A stretch of 64,000 bases of DNA from an uncultured Opitutales bacterium (GTDB taxonomy: Bacteria; Verrucomicrobiota; Verrucomicrobiia; Opitutales; T3Sed10-336): contig CAZYAN010000007.1 of the NCBI GenBank assembly GCA_964645585.1, positions 6,297 through 70,296 of the forward strand. Reading direction: 5' to 3'. Below, one piece after another: positions 19,955-28,700 of this stretch. The position numbers and the translations under genes were made by a program. The stretch's first letter is position 1; every line of letters starts with the position of its first letter. The notes beneath the pieces are model-generated. The model was not told the DNA's origin. It worked only from the letters and a program-made list of their open reading frames with translations, and did no database searches.

Positions 19955-20488
19955 TCATCTTTCCGTTCCCTTTGCCGAGGCGGTGGAATGGGATATTTTC
20001 CAGTTCTCACGGTTTCGCAAACGTGCCAAGGGGATCTTCACCGCCAGGTAGGTCCCGACGATGGTGACCCTCACGAACCAGGAATCGGTAACAAAGAGCA
20101 TCAGGGAAGCGGCTACAAGGAGGACGCCGAGGAGAAATCGGGCCGCGTGTCTAGCCCAGCGGGGCCACCGAAATCCATGCGCGAGCAGGGTTGGCAAAAG
20201 CAGCCCGGCAAAGATGACGGCGGTTTGGGCCGTGCTGACATGGTGCAGCCATCCTGTGAGAACAAAAAGCACGATCCCCGCAACCGCACCGCAGAACGTC
20301 ATCACGCATCCCTTGCAAAAATACAACCCGCCGATCTTCCAGACATGGTCCCGAAAAGAGGGATCGGCCGGATGGTGTGAAAACAGGTGAGGATCTTTCT
20401 CCGCGACAAATTGCCAGAGACTCTGATCGCCCTTCTCCCGCGGCCGCGATGCGTAAGCACGCAGGAGTGACTGCAAACGGTCTTTCAT
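19955..20488 (-). CDS. Hypothetical integral membrane protein with a CxxC motif ahead of the first of ~4 TM helices.
   Basis: YFCKGCVMTFCGAVAGIVLFVL is followed by three further hydrophobic segments. No family was recognised. Confidence 0.5.
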   Translation of the reverse strand: MKDRLQSLLRAYASRPREKGDQSLWQFVAEKDPHLFSHHPADPSFRDHVWKIGGLYFCKGCVMTFCGAVAGIVLFVLTGWLHHVSTAQTAVIFAGLLLPTLLAHGFRWPRWARHAARFLLGVLLVAASLMLFVTDSWFVRVTIVGTYLAVKIPLARLRNRENWKISHSTASAKGTER

Positions 20489-20667
20489 CTAGGCGCCTTG
20501 GCGGACGGTAAGAATGGCGGCTTTACCCCGTTCGCTGGAGACGCTAAAGCGCTCGACGTAAATTCGGCGGTTATCATGGTTTGATGATGCACCTCCCTCA
20601 ACGGGTGAACAACGACACCGGGGCATTGTTTTTGAAACTCCTTGAATTCGTGTTTATCCGTGACCAT
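20485..20667 (-). CDS. Possible 60-aa ORF translationally coupled (ATGA) to the downstream membrane protein gene.
   Basis: Its TGA stop (20485-20487) overlaps the ATG (20486-20488) of the next gene. No motif was recognised and the codon bias is only moderate. Confidence 0.22.
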   Translation of the reverse strand: MVTDKHEFKEFQKQCPGVVVHPLREVHHQTMITAEFTSSALASPANGVKPPFLPSAKAPR

Positions 20668-20741
20668 TCGTGGTTTCTCAACCGCGGTGTTTAGGTTCAA
20701 CTTTTTACCCTGGTACCCCTGCGGAACTTCATTCGCGCACC

Positions 20742-21467
20742 TTAGACAAATTTCCCGTCGCGCATCGTCAGCCGCAAATCGCACCGTTTTGCAAGATCGT
20801 CATTGTGGGTAACAATCACGACTGCGCGACCCGGCTCACGCGCCAGCTCAATCAAAAGAGCCCCTACCGCCTCCGCGTTCACCAAATCGAGGTTCCCAGT
20901 CGGCTCGTCCGCGAGCACGACTGCCGGCTCATTTGCCAAGGCGCGCGCGATGGCGACCCGTTGCTGCTCGCCGCCCGACAGACGATGCGCCCGCCGCTCA
21001 AGTTTTTCACCGAGCCCAACCCGTTCGAGGAGGAAAGCCGCCCGATCGGTCATCTTTCCGCGAGAAAGTTTTCCGAGCCGCAGCATCGGCAACATCACGT
21101 TTTCCAACGCGGAAAACTCCGCGAGCAGAAAATGGAATTGAAACACGAAACCGATTCGTTCGAGGCGGATCCGTGCGCGCTTCCTCTCGTCTCGGACCGG
21201 CACTTCAACACCATCCACTCGAACGACACCGCCGTCCGGATGGTCGAGCAGCCCGAGCGCGGAAAGCAAGGTGCTCTTCCCGCAACCCGAGGGACCGAGA
21301 ATCGCGTATGATGTTTTCGGATACACATCCATCGAAACGCCGCGGACCGCATGGACGGCAGCCGCACCGGTGCCGAGCCGGCGCTCGAGATTTTCACAGG
21401 CGAGAACCGGCGCCCTTTTCGGAGTCGCTCGCGGATCGCTGCTCACCTGATCGGGTCCGGGATTCAT
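20742..21467 (-). CDS. ABC transporter ATP-binding protein, MacB/LolD type
   Basis: Walker A GPSGCGKST, signature LSGGEQQRVAIARAL and Walker B VVLADEPTGNLD. The start overlaps the permease stop by 4 nt. Confidence 0.92.
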   Translation of the reverse strand: MNPGPDQVSSDPRATPKRAPVLACENLERRLGTGAAAVHAVRGVSMDVYPKTSYAILGPSGCGKSTLLSALGLLDHPDGGVVRVDGVEVPVRDERKRARIRLERIGFVFQFHFLLAEFSALENVMLPMLRLGKLSRGKMTDRAAFLLERVGLGEKLERRAHRLSGGEQQRVAIARALANEPAVVLADEPTGNLDLVNAEAVGALLIELAREPGRAVVIVTHNDDLAKRCDLRLTMRDGKFV

Positions 21468-22744
21468 AAAGCAGCGTTTCGAATGATATCACCCGGCTCC
21501 ATGCGCGACGCGCGGCGGGCCGGCAGCCAAGTTGCCAGTAACACGACGACAGCGGCGATAAGCGCGGCAGTGATGTAATGAGCCAGCGACCAGTGAACAA
21601 CAAACATATCGGTTGAAAAAATCCCGCGAATTCGAATCGGTATGCGTGAGACCCCCCAGGTTAACGCTGCGCCTAGCGCCCAGCCGATAAGCACCCCTGC
21701 CGCAAGAACGAGGACTCCTTGCCAGAAAAAGACGCGCATCAAATCGCCCCGCTCGAAGCCGACCGACCGCAGGATCGCGATCTCCCGCGTTTTCTCCATC
21801 ACAACCATCGCCAATGTGTTAAACATCGCGAGGCCGGCGATGACGATGATTGCCGCGACGGTCAAACCGGAGGAAATCCGCAAGGCCCGAAAAACTTCAA
21901 GCCAGGCGCGCTCCCGTTCCTGCCAGCTGAATACCGCATGACCGAGCACCTCTTCCATTCGCTCGGCATCCGCGTCGGCCCGCGAGGGATCGCGCAAGCT
22001 GACTTGCAAAAAAGAGGCGCCGTAGGGGCGCTTTAGAAGAGAACGGGCCTCGCCAGCGTGCAGATAGATTCGCGCCTCATCTATCTCGCGCACTCCCGTC
22101 TCATAGATCGCCGAAACACGGTAGCGCCGACTCTGGTCCGGCGTATCGAGCAACACCGAATCACCAACGCGAATCTGAAGGCGATTCGCAAGCGGCATGC
22201 CGATGAGGATTCCTTGCGGCGAATCCCGAAAATCACTCAGCTCGCCCAAAGCGGTTTGATCCGCGAGGGCGCTGACCCGAAGATGATCCTCCAGCCGCAC
22301 TCCGTACGCATAAATCGATGCTTCGTTTGTCGATGTGCGGATACGAGCCGGGCCTCCTACAATCGCGGAAACTCCAGAAACATTGGAAAACTCGAGCAAA
22401 GCGCCGCGAAGCGCTTCCGGCTCCGACACGCCCGGCAAATACTGTCGCGCTTCCCGGTGCGCCACTTGGAAAAACGCATTATCCCCTTCAGCAGCTTCCA
22501 TCCCTCGCAAGGTCCGCTGAAAGCGATCTCCGACTTGGATCGCTCCGCTCGTGCCGAGCACCGTCCGAACATAAAAACGCTCAAAGCCGCTGGTCTGCGC
22601 CTGGGTCAAGATAAAGAACGCGACCCCGAGCGCGATCCCCGTCACGCACATCAGCATTGCCCGCTTCTTCGCGAGGAGGAAGCGAATCGCAATTTGAAGT
22701 TCCGTTCCTGGCATGGTTCTGAGCCCGTCAAACAAGCGGCGCAC
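21464..22744 (-). CDS. ABC transporter permease of the FtsX/MacB/LolCE type, with a large periplasmic domain between TM1 and TM2.
   Basis: 426 aa. TM1 is LMCVTGIALGVAFFIL, followed by a ~230-aa soluble loop and then three C-terminal TMs carrying the REIAILRSVGF motif typical of FtsX-family permeases. Confidence 0.88.
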   Translation of the reverse strand: MRRLFDGLRTMPGTELQIAIRFLLAKKRAMLMCVTGIALGVAFFILTQAQTSGFERFYVRTVLGTSGAIQVGDRFQRTLRGMEAAEGDNAFFQVAHREARQYLPGVSEPEALRGALLEFSNVSGVSAIVGGPARIRTSTNEASIYAYGVRLEDHLRVSALADQTALGELSDFRDSPQGILIGMPLANRLQIRVGDSVLLDTPDQSRRYRVSAIYETGVREIDEARIYLHAGEARSLLKRPYGASFLQVSLRDPSRADADAERMEEVLGHAVFSWQERERAWLEVFRALRISSGLTVAAIIVIAGLAMFNTLAMVVMEKTREIAILRSVGFERGDLMRVFFWQGVLVLAAGVLIGWALGAALTWGVSRIPIRIRGIFSTDMFVVHWSLAHYITAALIAAVVVLLATWLPARRASRMEPGDIIRNAAL

Positions 22745-22749
22745 CCTCC

Positions 22750-23847
22750 TCAGAAGCTGACGCGGTCTCCCTCCTGAATGCGATCCAGGTTCTCGACGGC
22801 GACGGTGTCGCCTTCACGCAAACCGTCCAGGATCTCCACCGTATTCAACCCGATGAAGCCGATCGCGACAGGCTGCCGTTTTGCCATCCCCTCCTTGATC
22901 AAAAATACCTCACGACCGATAAGCGCGCGGCGGGGAATCAGAAGGGTGTCTTCCCGTTCCGCTAGCAAAATGCTCACCTCTCCCGTAATGCCCGGGACCT
23001 TCATCTCGTCAGGCATATCGACTGCCAGGTGGATCGTGTAACGTTGAGTCTCCGGATTCGCGGCGGGCAAAACCTGCGCAACCCGACCGGTGAACCGCTG
23101 GGACCCGTAGCTGAGAAAGCGCACCGTCGCGGGCTGCCCCGGCGCCACGCCGGCAAAGTTTTCCTCACTCAAAGTCGCCTCAATGATCCGGTCATGCGAC
23201 AGCAGTCGCGCCACCGGACTCCGCACACCCAGAACCTCTCCGGGATGAGCGAATATTTCGACAATCGTTCCACTTTCCGGTGCGCTCACTACTGTCTTTT
23301 GCAGCTCTTCCTCAAGATGCGCGAGCTCGTTCCGCAGCGAATCGAGCCGATAGTCATCGCGAATTTGCTGAAGCGCCAGCTCGTCCTCCAAACGGGCGAT
23401 CTTGCGTGCGTGCCGATCAAGTTCCCGGCGCGGCAAGCGACCGTCCGCATAAAGTTCTTCCTTCCTCGCCTGTTCCTCGCGCAACTCCTCAAGCTCAAAA
23501 CGGAGCGGCGAACCGACCTTTTTCAAGGCTTCTTCCGTCTGAATTTCCAGTTGAACCCGATTAATCTCGTGCCGCAGTGTCGCGTCATCGAGCCGGACAA
23601 GCAGATCGCCTTCTTCCACCTCCACGCCGAGCTCAAGACGACTCTCGACAAGCCGACCCTGAATTTCCGACCGCAAATCAATGGACCGGCCTTCCCGGAC
23701 ACGCACGACTCCCGGCACGGCCTTCACCGCGGTCCCTCGCTTCGCCTCAGCCACCTCGACCTCTGTACGAAGCAGCCGGTCAGCGGAGAGATACAGTCCG
23801 CCGCCAGCCAACAGGCAGATCAGGATAATCGCGGAGAGGATTTTCAT
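22750..23847 (-). CDS. Periplasmic adaptor (membrane fusion protein, HlyD/MacA type)
   Basis: N-terminal TM anchor, a long coiled-coil (RHEINRVQLEIQTEEALKK...LEEELQKT) and a beta-barrel/lipoyl-like tail (VSAPESGTIVEI). It ends 5 nt upstream of the permease start. Confidence 0.88.
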   Translation of the reverse strand: MKILSAIILICLLAGGGLYLSADRLLRTEVEVAEAKRGTAVKAVPGVVRVREGRSIDLRSEIQGRLVESRLELGVEVEEGDLLVRLDDATLRHEINRVQLEIQTEEALKKVGSPLRFELEELREEQARKEELYADGRLPRRELDRHARKIARLEDELALQQIRDDYRLDSLRNELAHLEEELQKTVVSAPESGTIVEIFAHPGEVLGVRSPVARLLSHDRIIEATLSEENFAGVAPGQPATVRFLSYGSQRFTGRVAQVLPAANPETQRYTIHLAVDMPDEMKVPGITGEVSILLAEREDTLLIPRRALIGREVFLIKEGMAKRQPVAIGFIGLNTVEILDGLREGDTVAVENLDRIQEGDRVSF

Positions 23848-23960
23848 TGGTCATCTACCATTTCTTATTTGTCAGTTTTACTGGGATCCGGGGGCAATGA
23901 ACAGAGTGGACCAACGGGGAAATGAAAGATGAGAGATAAAACTTTACACTGAAAATTTTC

Positions 23961-25361
23961 TTAGTCCCGCCCGACAAAATCCGCGAATTTACCAACGACC
24001 GGATCCGTTCCTCGCGCCGAGGCGAGTTCCGCCGCGGCAAGCAGATACTCACCCCTTGCCTCCGCGGCTGCAAGATCCCGTTCGCTCAGCTCCAGTCGAG
24101 CTGCAGCCAGAGCTGTCGCAGAAATATCTCCTTCGGCAAGGTCCGCTTCCCTCTGAGACAATTCCCGCCGCGCAAGTTCCCAACGCTGCTCGGCAATCTC
24201 CACTTTCCGGGCAACCCATCCCACGGCTTCTTCCAGCCGTGCCACCTCCTCCGCCGCTTCCCGTTCCAGACGGCGATACGTTGCGCGCTCAAGACGCATC
24301 CGCGTTCGTGCTGCATCTTGCCGGGCACGTGACTCATGGCCGTCAAACAGCGTCCACGTCAGTTCTACGCCGCCGAAATAAATGGTGCGGTCAATATCGG
24401 ACCGATTTGAAAGAGCGATCTGATCCTGAGCGATGCCGGCAATTAGGTCGATCCGCGGCCGGTTGCGTGCGCGCTCAACAACCAGTTGCTGTTCCGCCTC
24501 CTCGATCCGAAGCTGGGCCATCTCCAACCATGGCTGGAACGGGCCATCCGCCGGACCGTTCGAGGGCTCCGCCCGACCCGCGAACGACGGGATCTCCTCC
24601 GGGATCCATGCCTCTCCGGACGGTTTAAATCCAGTAATACGCAAGAAGCGCTCCATTGCATGTTCCCTTTGGCCGCGCATTCGTTCCAAGTTCAGCTCCG
24701 TTTCCTCCCAGGCCAGCTTCAAGCGCATCACCTCCTCGTCCGTCGCTTCGCCCTGAGCCAGCCGATCCCGTCCGGCCACAAGCTCTTCCCGTGCGAATGC
24801 CTCGCGCCGCTCGGCGACCTCGATCGCCTTTCCCTGAACGATTAGGTCGAGGAAAAGCGCCCGAATCGTGAGAGCGAGTTCCCGGTACGCTTCTGTTCGA
24901 TTTTTCGCGGCCAGTGCGGCACCCAAGCGCCCAATCCGCTGAGTTGCGCGCAGGGCTCCCCATTGATAAACCGGTTGACGGGCGATCAGGCTCCCCTGGG
25001 GATGATAGTAGCTGTTCGTTCCCGCAAGATCCTCCCGATCTTCGATCCGCCCGAGATAGCGCAGCGATCCCGTCAAGAATGGTCGCAACGCTGCTGCGGC
25101 GGCGTCCGCTTCGGCGCGCGCCTGTACCACTCGAAACTCCTCCTCAAGCATCTGGGGAGAGCGTATGCCGGCAGCCAGCAGAACCTGCTCCAAAACCGGA
25201 AAAACATCTTCGGGAAGCGGCGGTTCAGCTACCGGAATCCCGTTCCCCGACACCAAACTTCCAGCGAACAAAAATCCTGCCAAAGAAGCCAAAAACGAAT
25301 GACGGCCGCATCGTGTGATGCCGCCAACACCAAAAACCCTCTTTCCTATTCTTCTGAACAT
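23961..25361 (-). CDS. TolC-family outer membrane efflux protein
   Basis: 466 aa. It has the duplicated helical-repeat pattern rich in Ala/Arg/Glu/Leu typical of TolC/OprM outer membrane factors, and a signal peptide. Confidence 0.82.
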   Translation of the reverse strand: MFRRIGKRVFGVGGITRCGRHSFLASLAGFLFAGSLVSGNGIPVAEPPLPEDVFPVLEQVLLAAGIRSPQMLEEEFRVVQARAEADAAAAALRPFLTGSLRYLGRIEDREDLAGTNSYYHPQGSLIARQPVYQWGALRATQRIGRLGAALAAKNRTEAYRELALTIRALFLDLIVQGKAIEVAERREAFAREELVAGRDRLAQGEATDEEVMRLKLAWEETELNLERMRGQREHAMERFLRITGFKPSGEAWIPEEIPSFAGRAEPSNGPADGPFQPWLEMAQLRIEEAEQQLVVERARNRPRIDLIAGIAQDQIALSNRSDIDRTIYFGGVELTWTLFDGHESRARQDAARTRMRLERATYRRLEREAAEEVARLEEAVGWVARKVEIAEQRWELARRELSQREADLAEGDISATALAAARLELSERDLAAAEARGEYLLAAAELASARGTDPVVGKFADFVGRD

Positions 25362-25436
25362 CCGCTATCGGGAAGACCAACCTCACCGTCGGACGCCCGC
25401 CGTGGCAATACAAATGCCTGGCTTCCCTCCGTCCGG

Positions 25437-25473
25437 ACAAAAGGAGCCGGTCACCACGAAAGATGACCGGCTC
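25437..25473 (-). terminator. Candidate intrinsic terminator after the small lipoprotein gene
   Basis: Perfect 10-bp stem GAGCCGGTCA / TGACCGGCTC (25444-25453 / 25464-25473) with a 10-nt loop. On the minus strand it is followed by CTTTTGT, a weak U-tract. Confidence 0.45.
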
Positions 25474-25534
25474 GTCTCGTGCGGAGTTTTCAATATTCAA
25501 GCGCTGCTATATCAGCTCAGCGCCGCCTGTTTTT

Positions 25535-25723
25535 TCAGGTGCCTGGCGGAGGGGGAATCTCCTCGCCGGGCGGCTCCTCCGGAGACTCACCTGGATCCTT
25601 CGGTGTGCCGCCGCCTCCGCCGCCGCCGCCTCCGCCGCCGCCGCAACCGGTGCCGAGCGAAAGAACCAGACTGAACAGGCCCAACATCAAAAAGAACGTA
25701 TTCGAAAGTCTTTTGCGTTTCAT
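25535..25723 (-). CDS. 62-aa putative lipoprotein with a Gly12 tract and an acidic/proline-rich tail
   Basis: MKRKRLSNTFFLMLGLFSLVLSLGTGC has a basic n-region, a hydrophobic core and a Cys after LGTG. It is followed by G12 and TPKDPGESPEEPPGEEIPPPPGT. The start lies 28 nt after the stop of the 2261-aa gene and has an A/T-rich upstream region like other starts in this window. Confidence 0.5.
   Translation of the reverse strand: MKRKRLSNTFFLMLGLFSLVLSLGTGCGGGGGGGGGGGGTPKDPGESPEEPPGEEIPPPPGT
25607..25642 (-). repeat. (GGC/GGA)12 trinucleotide tract encoding Gly12
   Basis: The minus strand reads GGC GGC GGC GGA GGC GGC GGC GGC GGA GGC GGC GGC, immediately after the Cys codon at 25643-25645. Confidence 0.95.
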
Positions 25724-25751
25724 AAGATTTATTTCGAAAGATAACCTTCCA

Positions 25752-28700
25752 TTATCGAGCGACATCGTAGATCGGGCTCCAAGTGCCAGCGGCCGAATTG
25801 AACCACTGGAACTGGCGCTTTGCCGGCGTTCCGCCATGGCGGTAGAAGATCCATCTTTGGTCGTTGTGACTGTAGAGAAGCGCTCCAGCGGGCGAGTAGT
25901 TCGAATAATTCTGCGGTGTTGTCCACAGCCAATCCCGCTGAATATTATCCCAAACCCACGCCCCGATGACCGCGCCATTCTCGTCAGTCACCACTGACGT
26001 CGGCCCAAAATAGAGCCAATCGTGTTCCTTGTGAACGATCCATCCGGAATCACCGGCATAATTGAAATGGCGATCATAGTAATCCCCAAGCCACAGGGAG
26101 CGCTGGGAATACATTGTACTGACGCTGCTGGGCGGCACGAACATCGGTTTCAGGTAGGAATCGCTGTACTGTTCCGTGAAATCCGGCCGTCCAAACAGAA
26201 TATTCGACGCCGCAATGATGCTGTCGGGCAGTTGATTGACCTCTCCCGGGATGACTTCCCGGTTCAACATCAGGAGGATAACCGCAGCCCGGCGCGCCAA
26301 TCCCAGGTATCCGTCGAACTTCTCGGCGGTAATTCTCGCAAAATAACCGGAGCGGCCCTCATTGCGAAGCTCGGTAAGACGCCTCTGGGTCTCTGGATGC
26401 GTTTTTCCTTCGTACACCGCCTTCAGCAACTCCTCGTCTGTCATCACGTCGGCTCGCCTGCGGTGTTTGATCAGGAAGGTATCCGACTGAAGAACTTCGC
26501 TGACAAGCGCCGGCAGGAACAAGGGAACACTGGGTCCCAAGTCCGGTTCATCCTCCGGATCTTGGCCTCCTTCGTCGCCTTCGTCCAAGGTGAAGAGCCC
26601 GTCGCGCAACTCGTCGCGAGTCGGATACGAGTCCGTCAACGTCAGATAGGTCGCGATCACCCACGGCACATTCTGGAATTCCGGATACCCAGTCATCAGT
26701 TCTCGTATGAGATGTCCTCGGGTCCATTGTCCGCTTTCGAGCAAGCGGAGGTAATGCCGGCGCAATTGCGTACTGGGCATTACATCGTCACCGAGCAGGG
26801 CATCGAACGCGAGTGAAATGAACGCCTCGTGTTCATTCGGATCAGCGGGATTCCGCACCACGTGACCCGATGGGTGAATGACGATCTGGATGACATTCGA
26901 CATCGACGTATTACCCGTCGAATCGCGCGCCACCGCATAGAAGTTCCAAACGCCGGTGAAGAGCGCGAGGCCTTCCCACTCGTATGGCCGTTCGGTATCA
27001 GGATTATTAAAATCCGGATAATCGACAAAAGAACCGCTCGCGAACAGCCAAACCTCGCCGTTCACGTCAATCTGGCCCTGCGCGCTGTCAACCTGAGCCC
27101 GGAAACGCGTGAACTCCTCGCGGTTAAACTCCCGACGGTTCGACGTCAGGCGAACCGTCGGCCGGTCAAAAACTCCGGCCATAACCAGGATCGGCAAGGC
27201 TTGCGACGAGAAGTGATTGCCTTGCGTATCGCGTGAAACCGCGCGAACCGCGTAATATCCCGGGGGCAGCCCGCTCGGCGCGAGAGGCGAGTTTGCGAAG
27301 TCGAAGTTCAGACGCCACGTGGATGCAGGCACGTTATCCGCAGTCGGTTCGGCAACCGCCTTGCCCATCGACACACCGCCGAGATTGCCCGTAATGGTGT
27401 TTTCCTCAACTTCGACAGGTGTAAGCTCGCGGATAAAGAACTCGACTTCCGCAACGGTGTGATTCCCCGACGCCACTCCCGCCACAAATGGCCACAACGA
27501 GCGATTTGTGAGGACAAAGGCATTGTCCGGAACAAGTTCATCTTCAATCGGCGGATTGATGACATCAATGACCGGAGAAATTCCTTGGGTTCTCGTCGCC
27601 GAGATTTCCAAAACATCCGACATGGGCAGCTCACGTCCGCGAGTGTCAATCGCAACCGCCGTGATGTGATAGGTCGTCGGAAGCGGCGGCGCCCAGCGTG
27701 CGACAAACCGGTTCGTATGCCGAATGGCCGGCTGAGTCGCCACATCAATCAGTGAGCCGTTGGCAAAAAACGCGACCAAACTCACTTCCCGCCCTGGTTC
27801 CAAACCGCTGACGTCCGCAATGATGTCGACCGGAACGCCGGTGGTCAGCGTGTCCACAGTCAGTGGATCGTCGTCGTAAACCACGTCTGGCAGGCTCACC
27901 TCAACGAGGCCCGGCAGCGGCTCCAGAATAGTGTCAAAACGCCGGTCGTGCAGGAACACGTCACGCCGATGGTTATCGTCGATCGGATTTCGATTGGTAA
28001 ATGTATGGGCGAGGCCGCCGAGAATAATCTGGGCGTCACCTTTTCCACCGCGGTGAGTGGTAATCACCGGTTCCTCGTCCGATTCGAACGCGATGTAACG
28101 GCCGTCGAAGTTAATCGCGGCACCGCGGCTCGAGCGAGGGGCGCCTTGGACAATCCATACTCGGCCTCCGACGCCGTTCTCACCAAACCGGTTCACGCTG
28201 ACCCGCGTGTTGACGCCGGTTTCACGATCGCGAACGTAGACGTCCGAGAACGAGTCGACGTCGGTGAAATTAACGATCTCGTCGGACTCAAGCGCCAAAG
28301 GATCGTTCCGGTTCGGGAAGACCTGACCATCCGAACGAACAATGGTGCGCGGTTGCAGATCGTTCGCCATCGTCCGGAAGGCTACGAACTTCCCGTCGCC
28401 GCTGATCGCCGGCTCCATGCTGGATTCGTTCCCGGGCAGACCGCCCTCGGTGATACTGATCAATTCAAGGCGCAGTTCACCCGGCTCGTCAAAGACGCCG
28501 TTGCCGTTCGAATCCCGGTCCACGAGGTACACCTGGCTGAAGCCGTTGCCAAGAAATGCGCCGCCGCTCATGCCGCGAACTGTAAAGGACGGATTCTCCG
28601 AAAGGACAACGATCGGCACGTTGCCCGCCGGACCCGGAATCTCCTGCACAAGGAAGACCGCTGGCGCGCCGTTCTCAACTCCTTCCGTGACCCGGATCTT

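Noticed and set aside
25479-25997. 172-aa plus-strand ORF with a poly-proline run (PPPPPPPPPPPPP).
   Set aside because: The Pro run is simply the reverse complement of the (GGC)n tract. The minus-strand reading gives a textbook signal peptide plus Cys, and the plus frame also runs antisense into the giant gene's 3' end.
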